Shown here: piece by piece, positions 27,398 through 38,413 of the stretch
Numbering within the stretch: the stretch's first letter is position 1
How the letters are laid out: each line of letters begins with the position of its first letter
Source: Octopus vulgaris
Taxonomy: Eukaryota
Length of the DNA stretch: 64,000 nt
NCBI GenBank assembly: GCA_951406725.2
Contig: OX597824.1
Location: 43,896,001 to 43,960,000 of the forward strand
Direction: 5' to 3'
Position numbers and translations under genes: made by a program
Notes under the pieces: generated by a model
What the model was told of the DNA's origin: nothing
The model's input: the letters and a program-made list of their open reading frames with translations, nothing else
Databases searched by the model: none

Positions 27398-29522
27398 TCA
27401 TCATCATCATCATCATCATCGTTTAACGTCCGCTTTCCGCGCTAGCACGGGTTGGACGGTTTGACCGGGTCTGGGAAGCCAGGGGCCGCTCCAGGCTCCA
27501 GTCTGAATCTGGCAGAGTTTCTACGGCTGGATGCCCTTCCTAACGCCAACCACTCCGTGAGTGGATTGGGTGCTTTTTACGTGCCACCTGCACAGGGGCC
27601 GGAGGGTCCGGCATCGTCACGATCGGTTCGAGCATTTTAACGTGTCAGCGGCACGGGGGCAACGAGGTCCGGGGTACTTTGGGGATCGGGGTATTTTGGG
27701 GATCCAGGGTACTTTGGGGATCCGGGGTACTTTGGGGATCCGGGGTACTTAGAATGGGTAGGGGGTATGTGGAATTGCTGCAGAAAGCAGCCCGGGTCTT
27801 TGTAGTCACAGCATATCTCCAGAGATCTCGGTCCTTCGCCATTGCCTCAGTGAGGCCCAATGCTCTGAGGTCATGCTTGACCACCTCATCCCATGTCTTC
27901 CTGGGTCTACCTCTCCCCCTGATACCTTCAACTGTTTGGGAGTGGCACTTCTTCACACATCTCTCTTCATCCATCCGCAGCACATGACCATACCATCGCA
28001 AGCGTCGCTCTTGCACACCACATCTGATGCTTCTTATATCCAGCATTTCTCTCAGGATACTTACACTCTGTTTTGCGTGCACACTGACACTACACATCCA
28101 GCGGATCATGCTAGCTTCATTTCTTTCAAGTCTACGCATGTCTTCTGCAGTCACAGCCCATGTTTCATTACCGTGAAGCATGGCAGTTCGCACACATGCA
28201 TCATACAATCTACCTTTTGCTCTGAGGGAGAGGCCTTTTGTTGCCAGTAGGGGTAGGAGCTTTCTGAACTTTGCCCAGGCTATTCGTATTCTAGTGGTGA
28301 TACTCTCTGTGCATCCACCTCCGCTACTAACTTGGTCTCCCAGGTAGCGGAAACTATCAACTACTTCTAGTTTCTCTCCCTGGAGTGTGATGGAATCTGT
28401 TTTCTGAGTGTCTGTTGTGTCTATTGTCCCTGTGCATCTGCCGCACATGAAAGCTATCTTATCTGTTAATTTCCCTTTAATGTTGCTGCACCTCTTATGT
28501 GTCCATAACTTACATTGGGTGCATCTTATGGAGTTTCTACCTGTACCTTTCCTACAGGTTGAGCAGGGCCACCTACCCGAGGGGATGTGTGTTGAGTACC
28601 TCTTGCTGCTTACTAATACTTTGGTCTTTGCTACATTTATTCTAAGGCCCTTTGATTCCAACCCTTGCTTCCATACCCGAAATTTCTCTTCTAGTTCCGG
28701 TAGTGATTCTGCTATGAGAGCTAGGTCATCGGCATAGAGGAGCTCCCAGGGGCATCCCGTTTTGAATTCCTCTGTTATTGCCTGAAGGACTATGATGAAC
28801 AAAAGGGGACTGAGGGCTGAGCCCTGGTGCACACCTACTTCTACTCGGAATTCTTCACTATATTCGTTGCCAATCCTAACCTTGCTAACAGCCTCTCTGT
28901 ATAGAGCCTGTACAGCCCTTATTAGCCATTCTTCAATCTCCAGTTTCCGCATCGACCACCAGATAAGGGAACGGGGAACCCTGTCAAAGGCTTTCTCCAA
29001 GTCTACAAAAGCTATGTAGAGGGGTTTATCTTTAGCTAGGTACTTCTCCTGCAGTTGTCGGACCAGGAATATAGCATCAGTGGTGCTTCTACCTGGTACA
29101 AAACCGAACTGCATTTCATCTAAACAAATTCTCTCCCTAATGAGATTGGTTATGACCTTCTCTGAGACCTTCATCACCTGGTCCAACAGTTTGATACCTC
29201 TGTAGTTATTTCTATCTAGAGCATCACCCTTACCCTTGTAGCAGTTGACTATGGTACTGCTGCACCAGTCATTGGGTATGGCTCCATTGTGAACTACCTG
29301 GTTTACAATGCGGGTGACTATGGCATGGCCCACATAGCCAGCTGTTTTAAGCATCTCAGCAGTGATTCCTGATAGGCCAGGGGCTTTGCCTGGTTTCATA
29401 TCCTTAATTGCCTTATCTACAAGGGAGCTGTCTATTCGGGTAGCTGGTCCCTCTACTGGGTCAACATTTGGCAGGCTCTCCTCCTCCCATTCATTCTCCT
29501 CATTTAGCAGTCTTTCATAATG
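27398..29522 (-). mobile_element. Young 5'-truncated RTE LINE with an uninterrupted RT reading frame (27645-29522)
   Basis: About 625 stop-free codons including [49 protein letters not shown] and RRLRWYGHV. (GAT)n tail. Both ends sit in TA-rich microsatellite. Confidence 0.95.
27668..27750 (+). repeat. 18-bp G-rich minisatellite (TCCGGGGTACTTTGGGGA) x about 4.5
   Basis: Read directly from the sequence. Confidence 0.9.
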
Positions 29523-29533
29523 ATGTATGTATA

Positions 29534-29583
<50 letters not shown>

Positions 29584-29638
29584 TATATATATATATATAC
29601 ACATATATATACATATACATATATATATATACATATAC

Positions 29639-29677
<39 letters not shown>

Positions 29678-29812
29678 TATATACATATATATATACACAT
29701 ATATATATATACATATATATATACATATATATACATATATATATACATATATATATATATATACATATATATATACATATATATATATACATATATATAC
29801 ATATATATATAC

Positions 29813-29891
<79 letters not shown>

Positions 29892-29940
29892 GTGATCATA
29901 ATCATAATCATAATCATAATCATAATCATAATCATAATCA
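29523..29940. repeat. Compound (TA)n/(TACA)n microsatellite plus (CATAAT)n
   Basis: Read directly. It accounts for the IY/MY-repeat pseudo-ORFs. Confidence 0.95.
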
Positions 29941-30848
29941 AATCCAATCAAAACAAATCAAAATAGATGAACATCAATGGAATTTGTATCTTTGTGGTAC
30001 CAATGCCGGTGGCACACAAGAAAACCATCCGAACGTGGCGGTAGCCAGTACCACATCGTGCTGTGGGCACGTAACAAACACCATCCGATTGTGGCCGTTC
30101 GCCAGCCTCATCTGGCACCTGTGTTGGTGGCACATAAAAACACCATCCAAAGACCCGGCAAGACTAGTCAGGCCATAACCCGTGGCCCCTACCTGGGACG
30201 TAGTCAGTCTACCTGTGCATACCTTCCTTCTTATGACACTTGTGAAGACCTGTTGAGGCAAGTATGTGACACTTGTGAAGACCTGTTGAGGCAAGTGAAA
30301 ATCAAACCAAAGCAAAATAGATGAACATCAATGGAATTTGTATCCTTGTGGTACCAGTGCCGGTGGCACACAAGAAAACCATCCGAACGTGGCCGTAGCC
30401 AGTACCGCATCGACTGGCCTCCGTGCTGTGGGCACGTAACAAACACCATCCGATCGTGGCCGTTCGCCAGCCTCATCTGGCACTTGTGTCGGTGGCACAT
30501 AAAAACACCATCCGAGCGTGGCCGTCTGCCAGCCTCGTCTGGCACCTGTGTCGGTGGCACATAAAAAAAAACACCATCCGAGCGTGGCCGTCTGCCAGCC
30601 TCGTCTGGCACCTGTGTCGGTGGCACATAAAATCACCCACTACACTCTCGGAGTGGTTGGCGTTAGGAAGGGCATCCAGTTGTAGAAACACTGCCAGATC
30701 TGACTGGCCTGGTGCAGCCTTCGGGCTCCCCAGACTCCAGTTGAACCGTCCAACCCATGCTAGCATGGAAAGCGGACGTTAAATGAGGATGATGATGATG
30801 ATGATGATGATGATATATATACATATATATACATATACATACACATAC

Positions 30849-30889
<41 letters not shown>

Positions 30890-30950
30890 TATATAGACAT
30901 ATACATATATATATACATACATATATATATATATACATACATATATATAC

Positions 30951-30981
<31 letters not shown>

Positions 30982-31738
30982 CATATATACATACATATAC
31001 ATAGCGGTTGAGGGAACCTGTGGAAGAGGTGGTAAAGAACGACCTTTGCGCTTTAGGTCTCACCGAGGAAATGACCAGAGACCGAGACCTTTGAAAGTAT
31101 GCTGTGCACGAGATGACCCGGCAGGACACGTGAGGCCATAACCCATGGCCCCTACCTGGGACGTAGTCAGTCCACCTGTGCATACCTTCCTTCTTGGGAC
31201 ACATAACTCTACTTGTGAAGACCTGTTGAGGCAAGTGAAAATCAAATCAAATCAAATCAAAATCGATGAACATCAATGGAATTTGTAGTTATGTGGTACC
31301 AGTGCCGGTGGCACATAAGAAAACCATCCGAACGTGGCCGTAGCCAGTGCCGCATCGACTGGCCTCCGTGCTGGTGGCACGTAACAAACACCATCCGATC
31401 GTGGCCGTGCCAGCCTCGCCTGGCCTCCATGCCGTTGGCACGTAAAAAACACCATCCGAGCGTAGCCGTTCGCCAGCCTCGTCTGGCACCTGTGTCCGTG
31501 GCACATAAAAAACACCATCCGAGCGTGGCTGTTCGCCAGCCTCATCTGGCACCTGTGCCGGTGGCACATAAAAAGCACCCACTACACTCACGGAGTGGTT
31601 GGTGTTAGGAAGGGCATCCAGCTGTAGAAACACTGCCAGATCTGACTGGCCTGGTGCAGCCTTCGGGCTTCCCAGACCCCAGTTGAACCGTCCAACCCAT
31701 GCTAGCATGGAAAGCGGACGTTAAACGATGATGATGAT
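29941..31738 (+). mobile_element. Cluster of RTE 3'-end copies (about 29941-30130, 30150-30812, 31005-31738) with internal ~60-bp tandem repeats
   Basis: Repeated unit 'aaaacaccatccgagcgtggccgt..gccagcctcgtctggcacctgtgtcggtggcacat'. (GAT)n tails run into (TA)n. Confidence 0.85.
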
Positions 31739-31754
31739 ACATATATATACATAT

Positions 31755-31806
<52 letters not shown>

Positions 31807-32970
31807 GAATTAGAAAGTCCTTCATACAGTATTATATATTTGAAAAAATGAATAGAAATTACTTTTCTGATAATTTTTTCCACTTTAACAATTAGATGAT
31901 TATAAACATCTGTTTATTAAAGTGGGAAAATTATCAGAAAAACCCATTTCTATTCATTTTTTCAAGTGTGTGTGTGTATGTAAATATAAATATCTATGGC
32001 ACTCTTAGTAATAGTGGAAGGAGTGTGTACGCCCAGCTTCACAGATTGATGATATCTAGTGATTAAAAGAAAGATCAAATTGCAAAAAAAGGCCAAGGTC
32101 CAGGCCTCAAAGCTTCAAAACCAGCATGGCAGGTATGACATTGTAGAATATCTTCTCCTTCTGGTGTGTCAATATACTATAAAGAATCACTGAGGTCAAA
32201 TCTTCTGTGGTCCCATTTGTATATTAAGCAAACTGGTATAGTTCAATGATGGTAGGGATACTGAATTTTAAATTGGTCAAACCCAGTTCCTTGAAACACT
32301 TCATGTGATAATCTCATTCATTTTACATGCATTTTTCCATAATATCATGGGCTAGATGAAAATGTTAGTGAGGTATTGCATTACAACTAAATACTTTTCC
32401 TAATGCTAGCCATTTTCTGGTTTACAACTAAGGGACCTACATGGCTATGTAAGAATATTATCTCTCTGAAATTAAGTAGTAGCCACTTACAATTAAAAAG
32501 CTGACCGACCAGCCAACCCACCTCCCTCACTCTCTCTCTCTCTGTCTTTCTCTCTCATTCCTGAGCTGTGTTTTAATATGATATTTATATCACTGAGTCA
32601 TGTGAAGGATAGAAGTTTAAATGAACTTCAGTTAATGAGCCATATACTCCAAAAACCTTTCTGGTTATTATCAATCCCATGACCCTTAACTTGTCTGAAA
32701 TTCAACCAGTTCTTAACATATCATTTAGTTTTCTTATCCCTGGAAACAAGACAATCCAAAATAATATTCTATTTCAAGGCCAACAAACAGCTTTTTCAGT
32801 ATCAATAAGTTATTATTGTCCATCAAACTGAAGTACTTTACCAGTGACTGACAAATTCGAGGAGTATTCAATATTTCTTCTGTAAGAGATACTAAACATT
32901 CCTCCAAAAGTCAGACTTTTTTTACACAGAGATATGTGATTTCAATATGACTCTTTTCTAATTTTCTTAC

Positions 32971-33100
32971 CTGATCTTTAAGATTGCAAGCATTATAAGC
33001 ACCCATATAAGCAGCCAGTTGAATTGGGCTATCAAAGGTATTCTTCAGAAGTGGTTTTGGTTTTTGTGAAGTCTTCCAATCAATTAAATAGACTGCATCT
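32971..33100 (-). CDS. MGME1: MGME1 coding exon 3 (catalytic IDWKT motif)
   Basis: Acceptor ttttccAG, donor CAG|GTAAG, 130 nt. Encodes DAVYLIDWKTSQKPKPLLKNTFDSPIQLAAYMGAYN. Not in the ORF track; phases fit both neighbouring exons. Confidence 0.95.
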
Positions 33101-33299
33101 CTGGAAAAAAAAAAACTTACTTAAGTTGTAATATGTGTATGGTTGAATCCTACATCCCATTTGATTATAGGACACCTGACAAATTCAGCATGCAGATAAG
33201 AGTTCATCAAAGCTCAGTTCTTAGTCTTTTCCCGCTTATTATAGTGCTCCAAGCCATAACAGAAGTGTTTAAGCTTAGCTGCTTCCTATAAATGAATTT

Positions 33300-34240
33300 G
33301 TGAAAGATTTAGTGAAGAAATGCTAAACATAGAAAGAAAGCCTACAACCAAGAAGTCTCAAGTAAACTTTGCAAAAATGAAAGCATTTGTTTGTAGGAAA
33401 GATGATAGAATCCTTCTACTATAAAAGAAAAAGTCATGCTTACTATACAAAAAAGAATGGATGGAAATTCCATAGCACATCTAGTCTAAACTATGAATAC
33501 CCTAGAGGTGTAATGCAATTGCAAGCATGCTGGCAGAGAAAGTCGGTTTCAAATGAGGTTAAATGCACATGAAATAAAATCCACTAAATATCCTCTAAAT
33601 ACTTCAAAGATTCTATAGAAGTAATTGATAGCTTTTATTACTTAGGTGACCTAATGAGCAGTGGAGGTGGATGTTATGAAAACATAACAGCCAGAGTAAG
33701 AACAAAGAAGAGAAAGTTCAGAGAACTATTACTCTACAAGTAACAAAAGGCTTCACTTTCAGAGTAAAGAACAGATTATATGAGGATTGTGTATAAAGTG
33801 TAATTTATTTATACTAAAATGTAATGAAATGTGAGCCTTAATTGTGAAAGAGTTACAAAGGCCAGAAAGAAATGAAGAGTACATACATTGCTGGATTTGA
33901 AATGTTAACATGCATGAATGAGCACAAATAAGGCGAGTGAAAAGCTGGATATAAAAGGAATTTGATGTAATGTACAAGAGAGAAGACTGCATTGGTGCAG
34001 GTATGTAACATCTGTTGAGAATGTCAGTCGTATAAAGAATTGTTGAGAACTTGAAGTGGATGGAGCCTGTGAAAACAGAGAAGTGAAGAAGACATGTAAT
34101 GAATTGATGAAACCTGATCTTAAGAAGCACAAAGGAGAAGACAAAGAACTTTGACAAGTAACAATATGCAGTGCTTGAGAAAACCCACCTGTCCATGTTA
34201 GCATGGCAAAACAGACATTAAAAAAAGTGGGAGTGATGGA
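33300..34240 (+). mobile_element. Old RTE LINE fragment; further fragments at 39090-40030 (-), 40053-40332 (-) and 62005-62560 (-)
   Basis: Motifs IDSFYYLGD..S.GGGC, MLHGSET...RLERNE and [10 protein letters not shown]...DLEKAFD. Confidence 0.75.
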
Positions 34241-35173
34241 GGATGAGGTGTATAATATATCTGTATATGCCAATTATGTTCATGTAAAGCATCTGTCTAC
34301 TGCACTTCCCTCCCTTTATTATGCTCTTGTCTATCCCTCACACACTCACCTATTCTGTTCCACATTGCTGAGGTAATGAGATGGCAATGGATCTATCTAT
34401 ATACAATCTTTACACCACCATCTCTTATCAATGCTTCTCTTCCATCATGTCTGAGTAACAAGCAATGGCATTAGATCTGTCCATATCCAAAAATCTGATA
34501 CCCTCACCCTTCTTTACTTTTACTATTGTGCTCTCTCCATAGGTCAAGTTTTACAGACATCTTCCACCCTCATTTACAACCATCTATCCTAACTGCTACG
34601 TGCAGCATCACTTGCTCTCTCTTACCATCACCTAATTTCATTGCTCTTCTCCACTCTTTCTGTCACTTACATCACTCTCTCTCTTCCATTGCCTTGCCTC
34701 CCCCTTATCACACCCTCTTCCTCCATCACATCAATCATAGAGTTTTTTATTCATCTACTTACTAATAACCTACAAGTAGTTCCTTGTCATTCTCTCCTAT
34801 GAGTCATCTCCACTATCACCTTTTTGCCCTCTTGTTCCTACATTGTGTCTCCCATCATACTCATACTTTCTCTTGATTTACTCTCTCACTCCAGCTCTCT
34901 CTTTCTCTGTCATGTTCATCATGAATGGATAGAAGGGATGAAGAGAAAACTTTAGTGCTACACGGAACAAAGCAATCTATCTAGTGTAGGTGCCATGATA
35001 AAAGGTACACCCAGTACACACATTAAAAGGGTTGGTATTAAGGACATCCTGCCATCGAAACCATTGAAATGTACAAGCAAGATATGGTCTTCTGACCCAT
35101 TTAGGAGGGCAATCACAACAAATAAGAACCAACATGGATTATGGGAAACCATGGATTATTGGAAAGCAGACAT

Positions 35174-35284
35174 AAAATGATAATGACCTTATAAACACAC
35201 ACATGCACATAAATGATAATGACCTTATAAACACACACATGCACATAAATGATAATGACCTTATAAACACACACATGCACATAA
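35174..35284. repeat. 36-bp tandem repeat x3
   Basis: Unit ataaatgataatgaccttataaacacacacatgcac. Confidence 0.9.
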
Positions 35285-35303
35285 ACATACATGAATGCAA
35301 ACA

Positions 35304-35354
<51 letters not shown>

Positions 35355-35759
35355 TACGGCACTCCGTCGGTTACAAGGGTTCCAGTTGATCCAATCAATG
35401 GAACTGCCTGCTTGTGAAATTAACGTGTAAGTGGCCGAGCACTCCACAAACACGTGTACCCTTAATGTAGTTCTCAAGGAGATTCAGCAAGATACAGTGT
35501 GACAAAAGCTGCCCCTTTGAAATACAGGTACAACAGAAACAGAAAGAAAGAGTGAGAGAAAGTTGTGGTGAAAGAATATAGCAGGGTTTGCCATCACCCC
35601 CTGCCAGAGCCTTGTGGAGCTTTAAGTGTTTTCACTCAATAAACACTCACAACACCCGGTCTGGGAATCAAAACCACAATCCTATAACCGTGAGTCCGCT
35701 GCCCTAACCACTGGGTCATTGCACCTCCACTATATATATATATACACACACATACTTAC

Positions 35760-35973
35760 TTGTAACAACCAATGCAATCAATTACTCCATTGTATAAAAG
35801 AGACTGGTGGGTCACAAATGTCTCAACATACTTAGTGCTGTTTATCAGAGGTAAAATGCTTTGCAAGCTTTTCCAATAAGCAGCAAATTCATTGCTCACA
35901 TCTGATTCTGTAATAGTCTTCGTAAGAATGTTTTGGATGAAATTATGGAAATTAGCTCCATTGTCTTTTAAAT
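35760..35973 (-). CDS. MGME1: MGME1 coding exon 2
   Basis: Acceptor tctttcAG, donor AA|GTAAGT, 214 nt, phase 1 to 2. Encodes DLKDNGANFHNFIQ...VETFVTHQSLLYNGVIDCIGCYK, the first part of the PD-(D/E)XK nuclease core. Confidence 0.93.
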
Positions 35974-37716
35974 CTGAAAGACAAAACAAATGAAGAAAAA
36001 TGTTAGACATTAACATCACAATGAACTTTGTAGAAAACATTTATTTATTAGACTTTATTGAATCCAGATGTACAATGTGGTGTCTGGATTTTCAGCAGTC
36101 TTCCATCTTAAATGATCTCACCAGTTCTGTTAAACTAACATTCATTCTCTGTTAAGAAATGTGCCTCTTACATTCTATACACAAGATCACTCATAAAAAA
36201 ATAAGATACAAGCCACTACATAAAAAGGTTTGCAATTGACCAAGTGGATAGGTACTTGCCAACTGACTGAAGTTAATGTTTCATGAACTGACATACTATA
36301 TTCCAGATAAAAATGTAGATTTAAATATGCAGTCCATCTAAGTTTTAAATATGTGTGTAACCTGTAGGATGTTATATAATTAATGACTGTTTCCTTAACA
36401 TGCAGATGCATTTAAAAAAGCAAAACACATCTCTTAAAACTTAACTTTGGTAAATTTTAGACATTAGTAACAGAAGCAGCCTTTGTATCAAATATCAGTT
36501 TGCATTCAACTTAACTTGGACATGTTTTAAATACTGTAAGCTGTGGTAATCATCCTAATAAATCATCTTATATAGATGTTAAGTGCTAAAAGGCACAAAT
36601 TACATCAGCAGATAAAATTTTATCAGCACCAGTGGATGGGATTGTTGTACCACATGATTTTTGGTGTAATTTTTGCTCCCTCAGCAATAGGCACCCAAAC
36701 ACTGAACACCAGATCAAAATTCTGTCAAACTGACATAGTTTAACACTGACGAAGCAGTCAGTGATGTTGCAAAAAGCTGACAGGCTGTGTAGAAATTAGC
36801 TATTAGCAATTGAAGCAGCCTTTGTAATGAAAACTAATATGCACATCCAACTTAACTCGGACATGTTTTAAATGCTGTAAGCTTGGTAATCATCTGGCAA
36901 AATCATCTTGTATAAACATGATGTGCTAAAAAGTATAGCAGATAAAATTTCATCAGCAGCAGCAGCAGCCGAGAGTTGAATTATGTAATTTTAGTAATTT
37001 TTGCCTCCGCAGTAACAGATACCAAAATACTGAATGCCAGATCAAAATTTTATTTGAAATGAATCAGTTGGAGATAACATTCCCAAATGATCTTAGCACC
37101 TAAGTGAACTAATATACATACATATAATGAACTTTTCAGCTTAGAAATGCAACAAAAGGCCAGCATCTGTTTGCAACTCACACTTCATGTTGTTTGCTCA
37201 AAATCTTACCTACACAAGTAAAAATAAGTTAACATTTTCTCAATGAACTTGGAAAATGTAAAAGGACATCACACTAGTTTATCATCCTTCACATCACAAC
37301 ATGAAGACAAAGTTTTCAAGAATACTTAACAGGTTACAAACAACCACATAGACAGTAACATCTCCCTCTGACAGTGTCACCATAAGGACATTTGTGCATT
37401 GATCTCATTATCACGCTATTCTATTCAGTACCAATAATAGTAGAAAAAAAATTTATTTGAAGGAAGTAGAACTAAATTTAGACTTTGAAATCAAGTGTTA
37501 AATAAATCCCAGAAATTTGGATACTAGAAAAATGTTTAGAAAACTGAGTGGATTCTACTGCTTATGAGATATAGTAAATTAAACACAAACTTACAACTAA
37601 ATGATACATAGAGCCTTTGAATGTAGTGTTTCTAGTGGTTATATTATAAAACATCACATCAAAATATAAGCTGCAAAATAAAAATTATTTAAAAAGAAAA
37701 ATGTATTTCTACAAAC

Positions 37717-38413
37717 CTTGCTGATATTTTAAAAATTTCTTCTCACCAAGTTCTCTAATCATTTTTGCTTGCCATCTCTGTAAAATTATCTGGCTCTGCA
37801 GTGGTAGTGTTTGTTGTAGTATAGATGTCACAGATGGAACTTTATGATCAATTAATGTATCCAAAATATCTTTATAGTCTGTGTTGTCCAAAACAGTTTT
37901 TCCTGAGTCTACAATAAGCATCTTAGAAGATATGAACTGTGAAATTATGGCTCTCCAGTTATCAGGTAAAACTTTAGTACAAGAATCAGAAAAACTTTGA
38001 AGCTGATCTGTATCTTCCAAAAGAGATGTAATATTTTTCTCTGACTTTTTTGTTTTTTCTGAAAAGTTTTCACAAAGTAAATCCTTTTCTTGAAGAGCTT
38101 TTAAAAATGTGTTTTCAGTTAGATTATTCTTAGGGTATTTTGAAGAAGACTCTTTGGTACCAGTAAATGCAGGTTTTATAATACTCTTGGTAGATGTAAC
38201 AGGTTTATTATTCTTGATAGACTTCTTTGAAGAATTGAAACCTCCATAAGATTTCAGCAAAGGTCCATATAAACGGCGGTTCTCTTTATTTAGTTTAACA
38301 ATTGCCTGATATTCAGGTTTCACTGGTTTAGACAAACTTGTAGAACATAAGAAGAAATATCTGGTATTATATAATTTGATGATGTAAGTTCTTGCATAGT
38401 ATTTTGCCAGCAT
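37717..38413 (-). CDS. MGME1: MGME1 coding exon 1 (putative mitochondrial targeting N-terminus through the PSVT motif)
   Basis: Acceptor ttttccAG precedes 38428 and the ATG is at 38413. The N-terminus MLAKYYARTYIIKLYNTRYFF is basic and free of acidic residues. KVPSVTSILQQTL...LQRWQAKMIRELGE matches the MGME1 motif PSVTxxLQQT...ERW..MI.ELG. Donor is G|GTTTGT, phase 1. Confidence 0.92.

Noticed and set aside
29468-30178. Long ORFs rich in IY/MY/HI, and the first ~140 aa of the 768-aa ORF
   Set aside because: These are translations of (TA)n/(CATAAT)n microsatellite. The real RTE frame begins near 29522.
30400-31580. Regularly spaced repeats that look like a CRISPR array
   Set aside because: They are tandem ~60-bp units without unique spacers in the RTE 3'UTR, in a eukaryotic context with no cas genes.
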